Origin: Zancudomyces culisetae HAW-14-8
Lineage: Eukaryota; Fungi; Kickxellomycota
NCBI GenBank assembly: GCA_052426225.1
Contig: JBNJNM010000006.1
Coordinates: 1,860,001-1,924,000, forward strand
DNA length: 64,000 nt
Direction: 5' to 3'
The notes below the pieces were generated by a model. That model searched no databases and was not told the DNA's origin. It saw only the letters and a list, made by a program, of their open reading frames with translations. A program made the position numbers and the translations under genes. Positions 34,020 to 45,566 of this stretch are shown in pieces (within the stretch, counting starts at the first letter, position 1; each line of letters opens with the position of its first letter).

Positions 34020-36472
34020 CTTTTTAATAATACTTTTTTAGTTAAAAATTAGATAATTATCTACTATTAGATATCTATTGTTGTAGCTATATAGTAAAAT
34101 TAAAAATAACTAATTAGTCTAATATTGAAATCACTTTAATCTTAAAGTACTGGTTTAAATGAGGTATTTTTTAGTGAATAAAAGTGTGCTTTTTTAAAAT
34201 AACACAGATAGTTGAAAGTTGAGCTTCTCATACAATTTAATATAGTGATAAGAGGGGGAAAAGTGACATTTTGGTATTTAGAAAAAGATGCACCAGAAAG
34301 AAGAACAAGTATAAAATTACAAAGTAATTAAACATTTAACATTTGGAAATTACTAGAGCTACTCTTTATGGATTATGTACAAACTACTTTCAAGCTATTT
34401 TTAGGCTCTAATATTCAAACTCCGCTTACTTTTGTTGTTTCCTGTATTTTTTTCTCACTAGATTAATATCGTATAGTTCATAGATTGTAAATAAATCAAA
34501 CATAATAAAAAAAATATATTGATGTGAATAGGTACAGCTAGTAAAGTTAGAAAGAAGTAGCTGGTATATATTCATGGCTAGACCAAGATAACCTATAGCT
34601 ATCGGATAATTTTGCTATATTCTACTTATTAAAACTATCTGTAAAATAACTATAAAAAACCCCAATATTTAAACTACGTAGCCATTGTTCGTTAAACTTA
34701 AAGCGTTAAACTTTAGATTTCAGTCGGTAAGGTGATACTTTACAACATTTTCATTGTATTGGTAAAATTGTCTTTATATTTTCACGTTTTTTCAGCTAGT
34801 GGCTAGCTGTTGATCATAAACTTGTGCTTTTCATCTTGTACTTGCAAGTTATTTATAATTCTACAAAAATCTCATTTATTGAAATCATTTCATTCGTAAT
34901 TGTAATTGAGTTCTATAAATTATAGTCCTAATAACATTTATATGTTTTAACCTTTGAATAATTGAAGTGTTTTTAGATACATGACACTTTTTTAGCAAGG
35001 TATTTTAAAAGTTAAGTATATTGTCGATTTCTTTCAATTTTCACTAATTAACAATAGAGTTAGATACTACCGTTAAGGTCTAAAGACGAAAAAGATTACT
35101 GATTAATATAACTGTATGTTGTTAATAAATTCTATTCCGTTATTAAAATGTTGAATATCACAATAAATGCATTTATTAAACATCAATTCTATGATAAACG
35201 ATAGATTGGACATCAACCTTTCTGTTTATAAGTTTAATTCCAAATTTATTAAATAATTGGTTTCTTTAGAGTGGAAATAATTAGTGAACCATAATATTTA
35301 GTATTAAAAGGCTAGTAGTTACTCATTGAAGTTAAAATATATTTTTAAATTTAACTTTTCAGCCAGAATTTATATTGTACACTAACATAATTGATTTTTG
35401 AAAGTGTTAATTAATTATATTCGTTATCATTATTCTAAAATATTTAGCTAGTAAATTATAATTTGTAGACCTGAGTGATAATAAAATGGTGGAATAAAAA
35501 TAATTAAACTTGTACTCATCACCTATTAATTAAAACTATGATTAATGAACTAAAAAAAGCTAATTAAATTGTATCACAATCGAAATAATATTCACATGAA
35601 TGATAATTTGAACATACACTGAAAGGTTTGTAAAAGATATATGATATTAACCAAGGTATAAAATTAAGTATATACTTTCTACTAAATAGGGGTAGATTAC
35701 AATTGAAGTATAAAACACAAGATTAGGATCAAAAAGACTGCATGAATTATAGACAGGTATGAGAGTTATAGATCATCCACCTAAAGTAAATAATTAATAC
35801 TCATATTAAAATACCAGTTTAAAATCTGAAATTATATAAAAGTATATTTTGGATCAATGATATAAAGTCTCTGTGTAAAAACATTAAAGTTTTATTCAAA
35901 ATAAAATATTCAATATAATTTAATATTACATTGTAAAGCGGAGTAATACAAAAAGTGTCAAACTATTATAAAAAATAAATACATTTTTGGTGCAGGGTAA
36001 GATTAGTAGTGACTTAGCCAGTCAATACAAAAAAAAAAATTCTTCATATAGTTATAGTTTGAGTAGAATAGATTTGTAATAATTTTAAACTATTATAATG
36101 TCTGATTACATATAAAAATTAACATAAACTAAAACACTGATATCTAAAAAGATTAAAAGAAAAAAATTAAGAAGTAAAATATTGCACAAAAGCTATATAG
36201 AACGTAAATTGTGGTTTTTTGTAAGACTATTCTTATCTTCAATTAATTGGTTTATTTATTAAACTAGGATATCACATTTGTAAAAAACTAAATAATTATT
36301 ATTTGACTAAATACTATTTCTTAAATATAATCCTTGCCCGTCCACATTTTTTAATACTCTGTCCCTTTTAATCTTATTTTGAGTTTGTACTTTTTCTCAA
36401 ACATTAATAAACTAAGTTGTAGTTGAAACTTCAAGGGTAAACCCATGAGTTTCATTTTGTTTGTTATTGAAG

Positions 36473-36590
36473 TGTCAGGAAACTAATCTATTTAAGTTGG
36501 GAAATTAATGTTTTCAAGTTAGGATTCAATGGTAATTAAATATGACTAAAAATTAATGTTAAACTTATGGGTAAATAATCGTTTCTGACA
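36473..36590 (-). mobile_element. Solo mini-LTR (118 bp), diverged relative of the LTR at 39434-39552
   Basis: TGTCAG...CTGACA termini. The reverse complement aligns end to end with 39434-39552. Flanks (tgaag / cactg) do not form a TSD. Confidence 0.8.
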
Positions 36591-38118
36591 CACTGCGGCT
36601 TCGTCACCTTCTTATTCTGAAGTACTGGAAGCCTCAACTATTTCCTCTTGTAGTATTTCATTTTTAGTAATAGCTGTAATCTGTAAGACTTTCCTGTTAA
36701 GACTTGAATATTTTAAGATTAAATTATTTATTACTATTAATTATTTAGAAAAATATGGTATTCAATAGTGAATAAGATATTTTTCTCTGAAGTTCTCTTT
36801 CGATGGATTTCGAAAGGGTTTTTATACTTTTACTCCAGAGATTTTTCCATATAAAATTTTCTTAAGTAAAGTTGCTATCAAACTATAAATTTGACTATTA
36901 AACTTATGAGTAACTGATGTGATTAACTACCGTGAGTTTAGTGTGTCAATGATTGCGTCATTCATGTTATTCTGACGATTCTTTGAATTATTAGTTTCGG
37001 AATTCTTTCTAGGTTTCTTATTTCCTAAAATGGTCTGTGAATATTATTATAACAAATTTCATCGCGAAATTCATTTTTTACTTGACTTGGTTAGATTAAT
37101 TTAATAATTTGTACTTAGTTACATTTAATTAATTTGTACTTAGTTACATTATAGTAATTTGTATATGGTTACAATTTCATTTTGTAACCTACTTGATTTG
37201 GTCATGGAGAATTATAATAAACATGAATATATTTAATTTATTTTAAAACAATTCCTAACATTTCCGTTAACCCATAAATCCACAATCTGGTCCTTGTAAT
37301 ATATTTGTGTTTCAGTCTTTGACACGCATCAATACCCAATATCAACGGGACTGCGCATTCCTCGACAATAATAAATTCCAAGATCGTTTTTGCTTCCTCT
37401 GCCCATATCACTTCAGTTTAAACGTATTCTTCAGATTTCAATAGGTCTTCTCCAACCAGCTTGAAGTAAACTGATTTAGGTAGTCTCCGAAATTTTAACT
37501 AAAGAACTAATTCTAACTTTTTATTTATTAAAGAATACGAAGCTCCAGAGTCTACAAAAATTGGTGTTGCTTGAATACCAATATGTCCTATAATGTAGCT
37601 CGAGTCATCCTCTGCATTCATATCGGTGGTTGCGTACAGTAACGGTTACCTACCTCCGTCCTGTATGTATCTCCTAAACCCATTATAAAATTCCCTTTTT
37701 TCTTTGGTTTTGCTTCGAAATATATATCCAAGGTGATCGGTGCCGGGGCGGATAGTAGCCTATTTAATACCTCTGTCTCTATCGTTTTCTTCAATGACGG
37801 TCTCACCTTTTTATTCTTTTTCTTTGCAGATGGTTTCTTATGTTCTATGATTATCCTTTGACTTATTTCTTCAGGATTCAGTAGATTTGATACCGGCAGT
37901 GGTGATTGTTATGAGAGTTTTCAATTGTCTCCCGATACGGCGGGTCCAATGAATGCGCTGGTGCCGCAGCGGCTACTGCAAACACCTGTGTGGGATTCTC
38001 TTGGTTTCCCTCTTTAGTCATAGTACATATCTGTGTATTTCCGTTCTATTTTACTCTGTTGAATCTGGGCGGTGCCCTTTTTTTCCATAGTTAAAACAGG
38101 CAACTTCCGTCCAATTTG
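36591..38118 (-). pseudogene. Decayed Ty3/Gypsy gag-protease remnant, related to 45567-48716 and interrupted by solo LTR 36695-37260
   Basis: The minus strand reads IIGHIGIQATPIFVDSGASYSLI (aspartic protease, ~37530-37600) and ACFNYGKKGH (decayed CCHC, ~38075-38105). The reading ..WVNG|KSYRLQLL continues across the solo LTR. Confidence 0.75.
36695..37260 (-). mobile_element. Solo LTR (566 bp), distantly related to the LTRs of the intact element at 51262
   Basis: TGTTA...TAACA termini and a 5-bp TSD TTTCC (36690-36694 and 37261-37265). On the minus strand it starts TGTTAGGAAT like the 51262 LTR and shares its TATA-region architecture. Confidence 0.88.
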
Positions 38119-39433
38119 TGTTGAATACCAATATTATACACAATAATGATGGTATTAACTATTTAACACACAGTTAATTTATAAAAGTTATTATAAATTA
38201 TTGTAGTTTAAAACACACAGTAATAATATAATATTATTTAATAATATCTTTATATTGTTAAACTAGATTGACAAACTTAATTGTTCATGAAAAGGATTTG
38301 TATCACCTTTTATACAATTAAGTTATTTATAAATATTATTATAAAACTTAAACTAGTATAAAACTAATAATAATAAATTATTAAGCCTACATCATTAATA
38401 TACACAATATTAATGAAGATACATTTAATATTGATCAAGTGTATCAATATAAATGTTTTAAACTAATTATTAAATAATAATTAAATAATATAAACTAAAA
38501 ATTAATTAATATTGTATTTAATATACAATATTGTTATGATACACGTGTATTCATAACACTACCCCCCACTTAAGGGTACTTACCGATGTTTTTTATTCAG
38601 ATTCGCGTTCGTTTTCGATCTTGCTGAGCCAAAATTCTTGTATTTTTTCATGAGCGTTAACATCCTGTTCATGCTCCCAACTTCGCTCTTCAGGTCCATA
38701 TCCTTCGTAATCAATGTAATAATATGTTATACCATCAATTTCTTTTGTATCCAAATTTTTATTTACCACATATTCTATTTTATTATTGATGATTACTGGT
38801 GATGGTGGTCTGATGTCTGGTCGTATCACTAATTCTGATGCGTGATATTTTTCTAATAATGATACATGAAATACTGGATGTATCTTCATGTTTGGTGGAA
38901 TTGTAGCTTAAATGTGACGTCGTTTATTATTCCTATAACCTTGTATGCACCTATCTTTTTGTTGTCCAACTTATTTGTAGGCCTTGTAGTTTGTATATTT
39001 TTTCGTATTAACCATACCTTATCACCTATTTTGAACTTTGGATGTCGTTTTCGGTTTCTGTCAGCAAACTTTTTATCAGTTTTAATTGCATTTTGTAACA
39101 CTTTTTTGATGTCATGATGATGTTTTTCCAGTTCATTTACACGGTTTTCAGCACTTGGAATTAACTCAATAGTTGGTATTTGTGGTGAAAATGTAGTATC
39201 AAAACCATATAAAGCTTTAAATGGTGACATCTTAATTGCACTGTGATAAGCATTATTGTATGAATATTCAGCTAATGGCAGTAGTTTGCACCAGTTATCT
39301 TGCATGTAGTCGCTATAACACCTTAAATATTGCTCCAATGTTTGATTAGTACGCTCAGTTTGACCATTAGTTTCAGGGTGATAAGCACTTGAAAGTTTTA
39401 TTTTTACGTTTAATAGTTCGTAAAAACGCTTCC
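38119..39433 (-). mobile_element. 3' fragment of a chromovirus (integrase C-terminus, chromodomain, PPT, 3' LTR 38119-38558), same family as 62992-64000
   Basis: SSAYHPETNGQTERTNQTLEQYLR, KIHPVFHVSLL and a chromodomain EYVVNK..YYIDYEGY..SWE. It has a 1-bp frameshift near 38890 relative to the copy at 63.8 kb. The PPT is at 38559-38572. Confidence 0.88.
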
Positions 39434-39586
39434 TGTCAATATCGCATTATTTACCCATAGTTTTACAATTTATTTTTAAACTATTTAATTACATTTGAAT
39501 CCTAACTTGGGAACATTAAGTTTCCCAACTTAAATAAATTAGTTTCCTGACATTTTGGGAAACTTCTAATTATTGGTTAAGAGTTA

Positions 39587-40540
39587 ATGATGGTCCACCA
39601 ATTAGATATGATCGCAAAATTAGTTATGCAACAAGCCTTGCAAGAAAGTCAAGCTCAAGCCCAGGCGCAAGCCCAGACACCCGCTCAAGTCCCCAGTCAG
39701 TTGCAGAATTTGCCTGCAGCAAATCCGCAGCCAAGGATTGATGGTATCAGAATACCAGAAATCCAGAAATACTCAGGAGAATCAGGAAGGTTCCGAGCCT
39801 TCACCGCCGAGATCAAGCGCCAGTTCTGGGCCAGACCAGACGTGTTCCAGAGTGACCATAACAAGATATGGTTCATCAGTTCTCACCTTGCCGGTCATGC
39901 TGCCCTGTGGTTCGATAACCTTATCGATACCCAATCACCGTTGCTCTCAGATTTCAAAGGGTTTGAGAATGAATTTCAAAAGAGATTCTCAGATCCTGGC
40001 CACCAAGCCCGAGCTATCACCCAGCTTCATAGTTGCCGCCAGTCCCAGCGTTCCGTCCTGGAATTTGCAACCGAGTTCAGAAACCTCGCCTCTCTCAGTG
40101 GATTCAACGAGCCAGCCAAAATTCACCTGTTTTACATCGGATTGGATACTAGCCTTGTCCAGCGCCTTGCCACTGAACCGCTACCAAACACCTTGGACCA
40201 GCTCATTGATCAGGTGATTGAGCTTGAGAACAGAATCAATGCCCGCAGTGCCTACCTGCCCAAGAGAAGCGTCCCATTCCGCAACTGGAGTACTCCGGCT
40301 CCACCGGTCTTCCCCCGTCCAGCCATGCCTGTCCCAGATTACCAGGCTCCTGAACCAATGGACGTTGATGCCGTCACCTCCCGTCCAAGAGCACCGCTAG
40401 ATACAGCCGAACGTCAGAGAAGATTAGCCAATAATCTTTGTCTATACTGTGGTCAGCCGAACCACATTCTCCGTAACTGTCCGCTCCGCAGGCCAAGACC
40501 CCCTATACCTGGGGTGCCAAAAGACAGTGCTCAGATGTAG
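39587..40540 (+). CDS. gag: Gag (Ty3-like capsid plus CCHC zinc knuckle)
   Basis: PEIQKYSG, HLAGHAALW, Q-x-x-RSVLEFATEF, PEPMDVD and CLYCGQPNHILRNC. Confidence 0.9.
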   Translation: MMVHQLDMIAKLVMQQALQESQAQAQAQAQTPAQVPSQLQNLPAANPQPRIDGIRIPEIQKYSGESGRFRAFTAEIKRQFWARPDVFQSDHNKIWFISSHLAGHAALWFDNLIDTQSPLLSDFKGFENEFQKRFSDPGHQARAITQLHSCRQSQRSVLEFATEFRNLASLSGFNEPAKIHLFYIGLDTSLVQRLATEPLPNTLDQLIDQVIELENRINARSAYLPKRSVPFRNWSTPAPPVFPRPAMPVPDYQAPEPMDVDAVTSRPRAPLDTAERQRRLANNLCLYCGQPNHILRNCPLRRPRPPIPGVPKDSAQM

Positions 40541-40641
40541 TCCGGGAGTTACTCCTGAGCGTAGCAAATAATTCTAATATTTCTAGTAATAAATTTCATA
40601 TTAAAATTGTTTTAAATAATCTATACGAACTTGTTGCATTA

Positions 40642-42991
40642 GTGGACTCCGGTGCTTCAGCCAACTTTATTCGTCAAGATTTATTAGAAAAACTAAACCT
40701 CCCAACCGTTGAAGCAGAAAAAACCATTGTCCTAGAAAGTGTTGATGGTCACCAGATATACCCAGGAGGCATAAAGGTCAAGGTTGATAATGCCCATATC
40801 AAGTCCGGTCATAACCACTCTGAACACCTAGACCTTATCCCGATTCCAACCAATCACGCTGACATTATTTTGGATTACCCTGGTTACGCAAACACAATCC
40901 TAGTATAACTTGGCCATACCTCCAGATCCACTTCGACTCTGACTTTTGCAGTACAAATTGTGTTGATACCCACTCCATCCAGGCCGTGTTCAAGTCACCT
41001 GATGAACCAGATCCAGATCCAGTAGAACAAAATATTAGCCAGAATACGTCCACAAACTCAACTATCCTCCAAAGGGTGTTGAATAGATTATCAACTACCC
41101 TGCTTCCACACAGTGCCAAGTTGCTCGAATCGGTCAAGTTGGACGATTCAAACACTGAAAATCAATTATTTTCACCGCCTCCGTCTCCTGATCTCCCCAG
41201 CCCAGCTCCGCCAAATCCATACGCCAGAATTGAAGAGATTCTTCCTGTACCTGTTCCTGCACCAGTCCAATCAGTCACTCCAGAACCTGAAACCCAAAGT
41301 TTGCCCAAACCCGCAGCTATTGAGAATCCAGTAGATAACCATGTTGTCAAGCGAATTCCTGAGCCCCGTCGTCCAGTAACCCCTGTTTCAAAAGTACCAC
41401 TCAGACCTGAACTTCCCAAAGCAATCCTGAAGAAAATTGAGCCAAGAGAACCAGTCGTCAGATCCCGGCCATTTCATAAAAATACCCCAGTCACCACCCC
41501 CGAGCCAGAACATTCCTTGGATCCAGATCCTGTAACTTTTGCCGTTTCTGAGTCCCCACTAGAGTACTTGGAAGAATTTCCGCAACTACCAGTAATATAC
41601 TCTGAATTCAAAGAAGTGTTCAATCCCAAGTCTGCCGTTTCACTTCCTCCTCACCGCCGTTATGACTGTCCTGTCAACACCAAAGAGGGTTACACCCCAT
41701 ACTGGGGGCCAATATACCCGCTATCTGAAGTAGAGTTAGAGTCTCTAAGAGGCTAGATCCGTGAAAACCTCAGCAATGGCTTCATCAGACGCTCTGTTTC
41801 CTCTGCCGGTGCACCAATCATGTTTGTAAAGAAGAAGTCTGGTGACTTGCGCCTTTGTGTTGACTACCGCCGATTGAACGAAGCTACCATCAAGAATAGG
41901 TACCCATTACCTAGGATTGATGAGGCGTTCGATCGGCTGCGTACAGCCAAGGTCTTTACAAAATTGGATCTCAAAGGTGCCTACAACTTGGTGCGGATCA
42001 AGGAAGGTGACGAGTGGAAAACTGCATTTAGGTGCAGATATGGCCACTTTGAGTACCAGGTCATGCCATTTGGCTTGACAAATGCTCCTGCCACCTTTCA
42101 GCACTTTATCAATGATGTGTTACGAGATGTATTGGATCTCTATGCAATTGCATACCTTGACGACATCTTGATATTTTCCAATGACACTGACACTCACATC
42201 TCTCACGTGAAATCTGTTCTGAAAAAGCTGCTTGAAAATGATCTGTACTGTAACGCCGAAAAATGTCACTTTCATATCAGGGAAGTTGAATTTCTAGGCC
42301 ATGTTGTGTCTTCAGATGGAATAGCCACCGACCCTGCTAAAGTCAAGTGTGTAAAAGAATGGCTACCATCCACCAATGTCAAGGAGGTCCAGAAGTTTCT
42401 TGGTTTTGCCAATTACTACCGAAAGTTTATCCCATACTTCTCGCTGAAAGCCCTGCCAATCACAAGACTTCTGAAAAAGGATACACCGTTCGTGTGGAGT
42501 AAGGAGGCAGGTGAAGCCTTTTATACTCTTATCCAGGATCTCACCACTTCCCCCGTCCTCAGATACCCTGACCCAGGAAAACAATTTATTCTGGAAACTG
42601 ACGCCTCAGACTACGCCATTGGGGCTGCTCTGTCCCAAGAAGATGAAAACGGTGATCTCCGTCCTTGTGCCTACTACTCTTACAAACTCAACACTGCCGA
42701 ATCCAACTATAATATCTATGACAAGGAACTTTTGGCAATCATCAAGGCTCTCAAAGAATGGCGACATCATCTGGAAGGCTCCTCCATCCCGTTCAAGATT
42801 CTTACTGACCATAAGAATCTGGAGACCTTTAAAAATCTGAAGTCACTCAACAGAAGACACGCAAGGTGGTCTCTTGATCTCAGTAGATTCAGCTTCACCA
42901 TAACCTACAGGCCTGGATCTCAAAGAGGCAAACCTGACGCTCTTTCTCGTTTGCCCAATCACACACCTGATAAGGTCGCCTACAACAACAT
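40642..42991 (+). pseudogene. pol: Disabled pol (PR, Pro-rich spacer, RT, RNase H)
   Basis: ORF pieces 40642-40908, 40986-41756 and 41820-43028 are separated by a frameshift and a stop. The RT/RNase H motifs are otherwise intact. Confidence 0.88.
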
Positions 42992-43290
42992 TGTTATAAC
43001 ACACGTACACCATATAACATTAATTTAACTATTTTAATTAAAAACTAATGTACTTAATATATTCACATTTGATTAATTATTACCATGATGTTAATTAAAA
43101 CCGTGAGTTTCAAAAATGTCTCAGAATATTGAAATTAATTTTCAAAGAGTAATATCTCGCTCAATAATATCCAGATATTATATAAGATTTATATTATTTT
43201 ATGCACAATCGATATAATAAAATTATAATTTTGTAATTTAATTGGCTAAAAATTCATTAAGAAATTGATATTGATATAATTTTAAAAATG

Positions 43291-43614
43291 TGTCAGGGTC
43301 TGGACTTGGATAAAATATATTTATTAATAAACTAGACTATTAGTGAATAAACTAAACGAAACTACACTCGTTGTAAAACTTATCGTTCCATCATGATAAT
43401 CGTATATCTTATATACTTTTCATGATGGGACGATAATGTTAAAAATATACTAATTTAAAACATAACTAAAACATAACTAAAACATAACTAAAACATAACT
43501 AAAACATTTAAATTAATAATGTGGAGGTCGGTAAATGTTATGGTTATAATTGATAAATTATATGAAACATTGTCCTGTGGAGACAAAGGTTTCATATAAT
43601 TTAAAACCATAACA
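43291..43614 (-). mobile_element. Solo LTR (324 bp) inserted upstream of the Tc1 transposase
   Basis: TGTCA...TAACA termini with a 5-bp TSD AAATG (43286-43290 and 43615-43619). Contains an 11-bp tandem repeat (TAAAACATAAC x4, 43456-43499) and a minus-strand TATA at ~43408-43416. Confidence 0.85.
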
Positions 43615-43757
43615 AAATGAGACAATTTTTGGAATTTTACAAAAGCAAAATTTAAACTATCATAACATTATGAATTCCAATCTTAAATTATTAAAACAAT
43701 TACATATAATAGTATTATAATTATTTTAATAATTATAAAATTAATCGTTAACAAAAA

Positions 43758-44768
43758 ATGATATCTGAACAACGTAAACTGGATATTAAAAACGCGTTAC
43801 TTGAAGGCAGAAGCATTGACCAAATCATTATAGAAAATGGAGTTAGTAAAGCAAAAATATACAGAATTAAAGCAGCTATGAATATAAATTTACCGGCTAA
43901 TAAACGCGGTCGACCAGCGAAGCTTTCACCCCAAAGCAAGCGAATATGTACTAGGATGATATTATCTGGAGAGTATCGATCTGCTACTTCGATACAAAAG
44001 AAGTTAGAAATGGATAATATTGTTAGTGCTAGTAAGTCTACAATATATAGGGCTTTTAATGATCTTAAAGCCGTTGCAAAAAAGTTGGCATCCAAACCGA
44101 AACTGAGCCTTAAAAATATTGCAAAAAGGTTGAGATTCGCAAAATCTCATCGCCACTGGACTACTGATGAATGGAGGCGAGTAATTTGGTCCGACAAAAC
44201 TAAAATCAACCGATTTGGATCTGATGGAAATGAATGGACTTGGGTTCGTGATGGTGTGAGTCTACAGCCGCACAATATTAACCAGACCGTAAAACACGGT
44301 GGAGGATCATTAATGATTTGGGGATGCATCACAGCATTTGGAACTGGCTACATGTGCCGAATAGAAGGAATGTTAAACAAGAAAGGTTATTTAAACATTT
44401 TAAAAAACGAGCTTAGCAATACAATAAAGTACTACAAGTTGGATCCCAAGTCAATAATATTTCAACATGACAATGATCCTAAACATACCGCAAAGTTAGT
44501 TACCAGCTGGCTTGAAAACCAGGAATATAATACATTGGACTGGCCGCCACAATCTCCAGACTTAAACCCAATCGAAACTATATGGGCAATCATCAAAAGA
44601 CGCCTAAATAGATACTGTAAACCACCATCCGGGATGATCGAATTATGGGAGCGAATTGAATCGGAATGGAAAACAATTACAGAGGAAACAATACTTGGTC
44701 TTATAGATATTAATTTCAAAATCGTTAAGTCAGTTATCAAGTCTGAAGGAATGTTGAAAATAATATAA
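43758..44768 (+). mobile_element. Tc1-family DD34E transposase (336 aa); TIRs not identified
   Basis: N-terminal HTH and GRP motif, VIWSD, KHGGGSLMIWGC, FQHDNDPKH and WPPQSPDLNPIE, with 34 residues between the second D and the E. The usual SDE reads SDK and the C-terminus is diverged. Confidence 0.92.
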
Positions 44769-45566
44769 AGTTTTCAATTGAAAATTTCTAAAATACTATT
44801 TAATTTTATATCTGTAGAGATTATTATAAAAATTTTTTGATATATTTTTTCTTACTAAATTAAGTAAATTTTTTTTGTCTCCCTTCTATTCGACTTTTTT
44901 TTAGGGGTTTAAATCCTTGAAGAGACATGTAAAAAATTAAGACGTAAAATTTCATGTGCAAAAAGTTTAGCAACATTGTGTGATGTTTCAGGAGGACACT
45001 CACACTTAGGCATTTAGATGATGTTAACATAATTAATAATGTTAGCATAATTCACTAATTTTGCTATTTTAACGTTGCGTGTTAACGTTATAATTAAATT
45101 AATAATACAGGTTAATATTTATACAATATTAAAGCAAAAATATCTTTATATCTAATACCTATTAATTTGTATTATATTTTTACTAGTAATAATCAAAAAT
45201 TAGTATACCAATTTTATATTAAAATATTTTTTAGTATTAACGACATAATATTATGATTTGATTTATAATACTAAGTAAATTATAAGATTAATTATGATTA
45301 TCATTAAATATCTAACTTACATTGAAACAGATTTGGGAGTTTATATTTATATATTAATATTATACTGTTATTTAAAAAATCTAATTTCTATTTAATATGT
45401 TCGAGAATTAACCTATATAAAATTATAGTAAGAATTATAAATACGGTTATAATCTCTAGAGATAAAACATTATTTCACAATCTAATAATAAATTTAAGAT
45501 ATTTTGTGTCACTGTATGTAATAAATTTTAAATTAGTATAATTAATTATAAACATATTCGATAACA

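Larger units (their letters stand above)
39434..42991 (+). mobile_element. 3'-truncated Ty3/Gypsy element (Tf1/sushi-like) with a 119-bp 5' LTR (39434-39552), gag and a disabled pol
   Basis: LTR TGTCA...TGACA followed by gag, protease LVDSGAS, RT YLDD and RNase H TDASD...PDALSR. There is a frameshift near 40870 (GLPWL broken) and a TAG stop at 41754-41756. No integrase or 3' LTR. Confidence 0.9.

Noticed and set aside
34020-36472. AT-rich spacer with traces that might be decayed coding sequence
   Set aside because: No ORF of 60 aa or more and no recognisable motif.
42992-45566. TIRs for the Tc1 element, and a partner end for the TGTTATAACA junction at 42992
   Set aside because: No convincing TA-flanked inverted repeats or matching TSD were found by eye.
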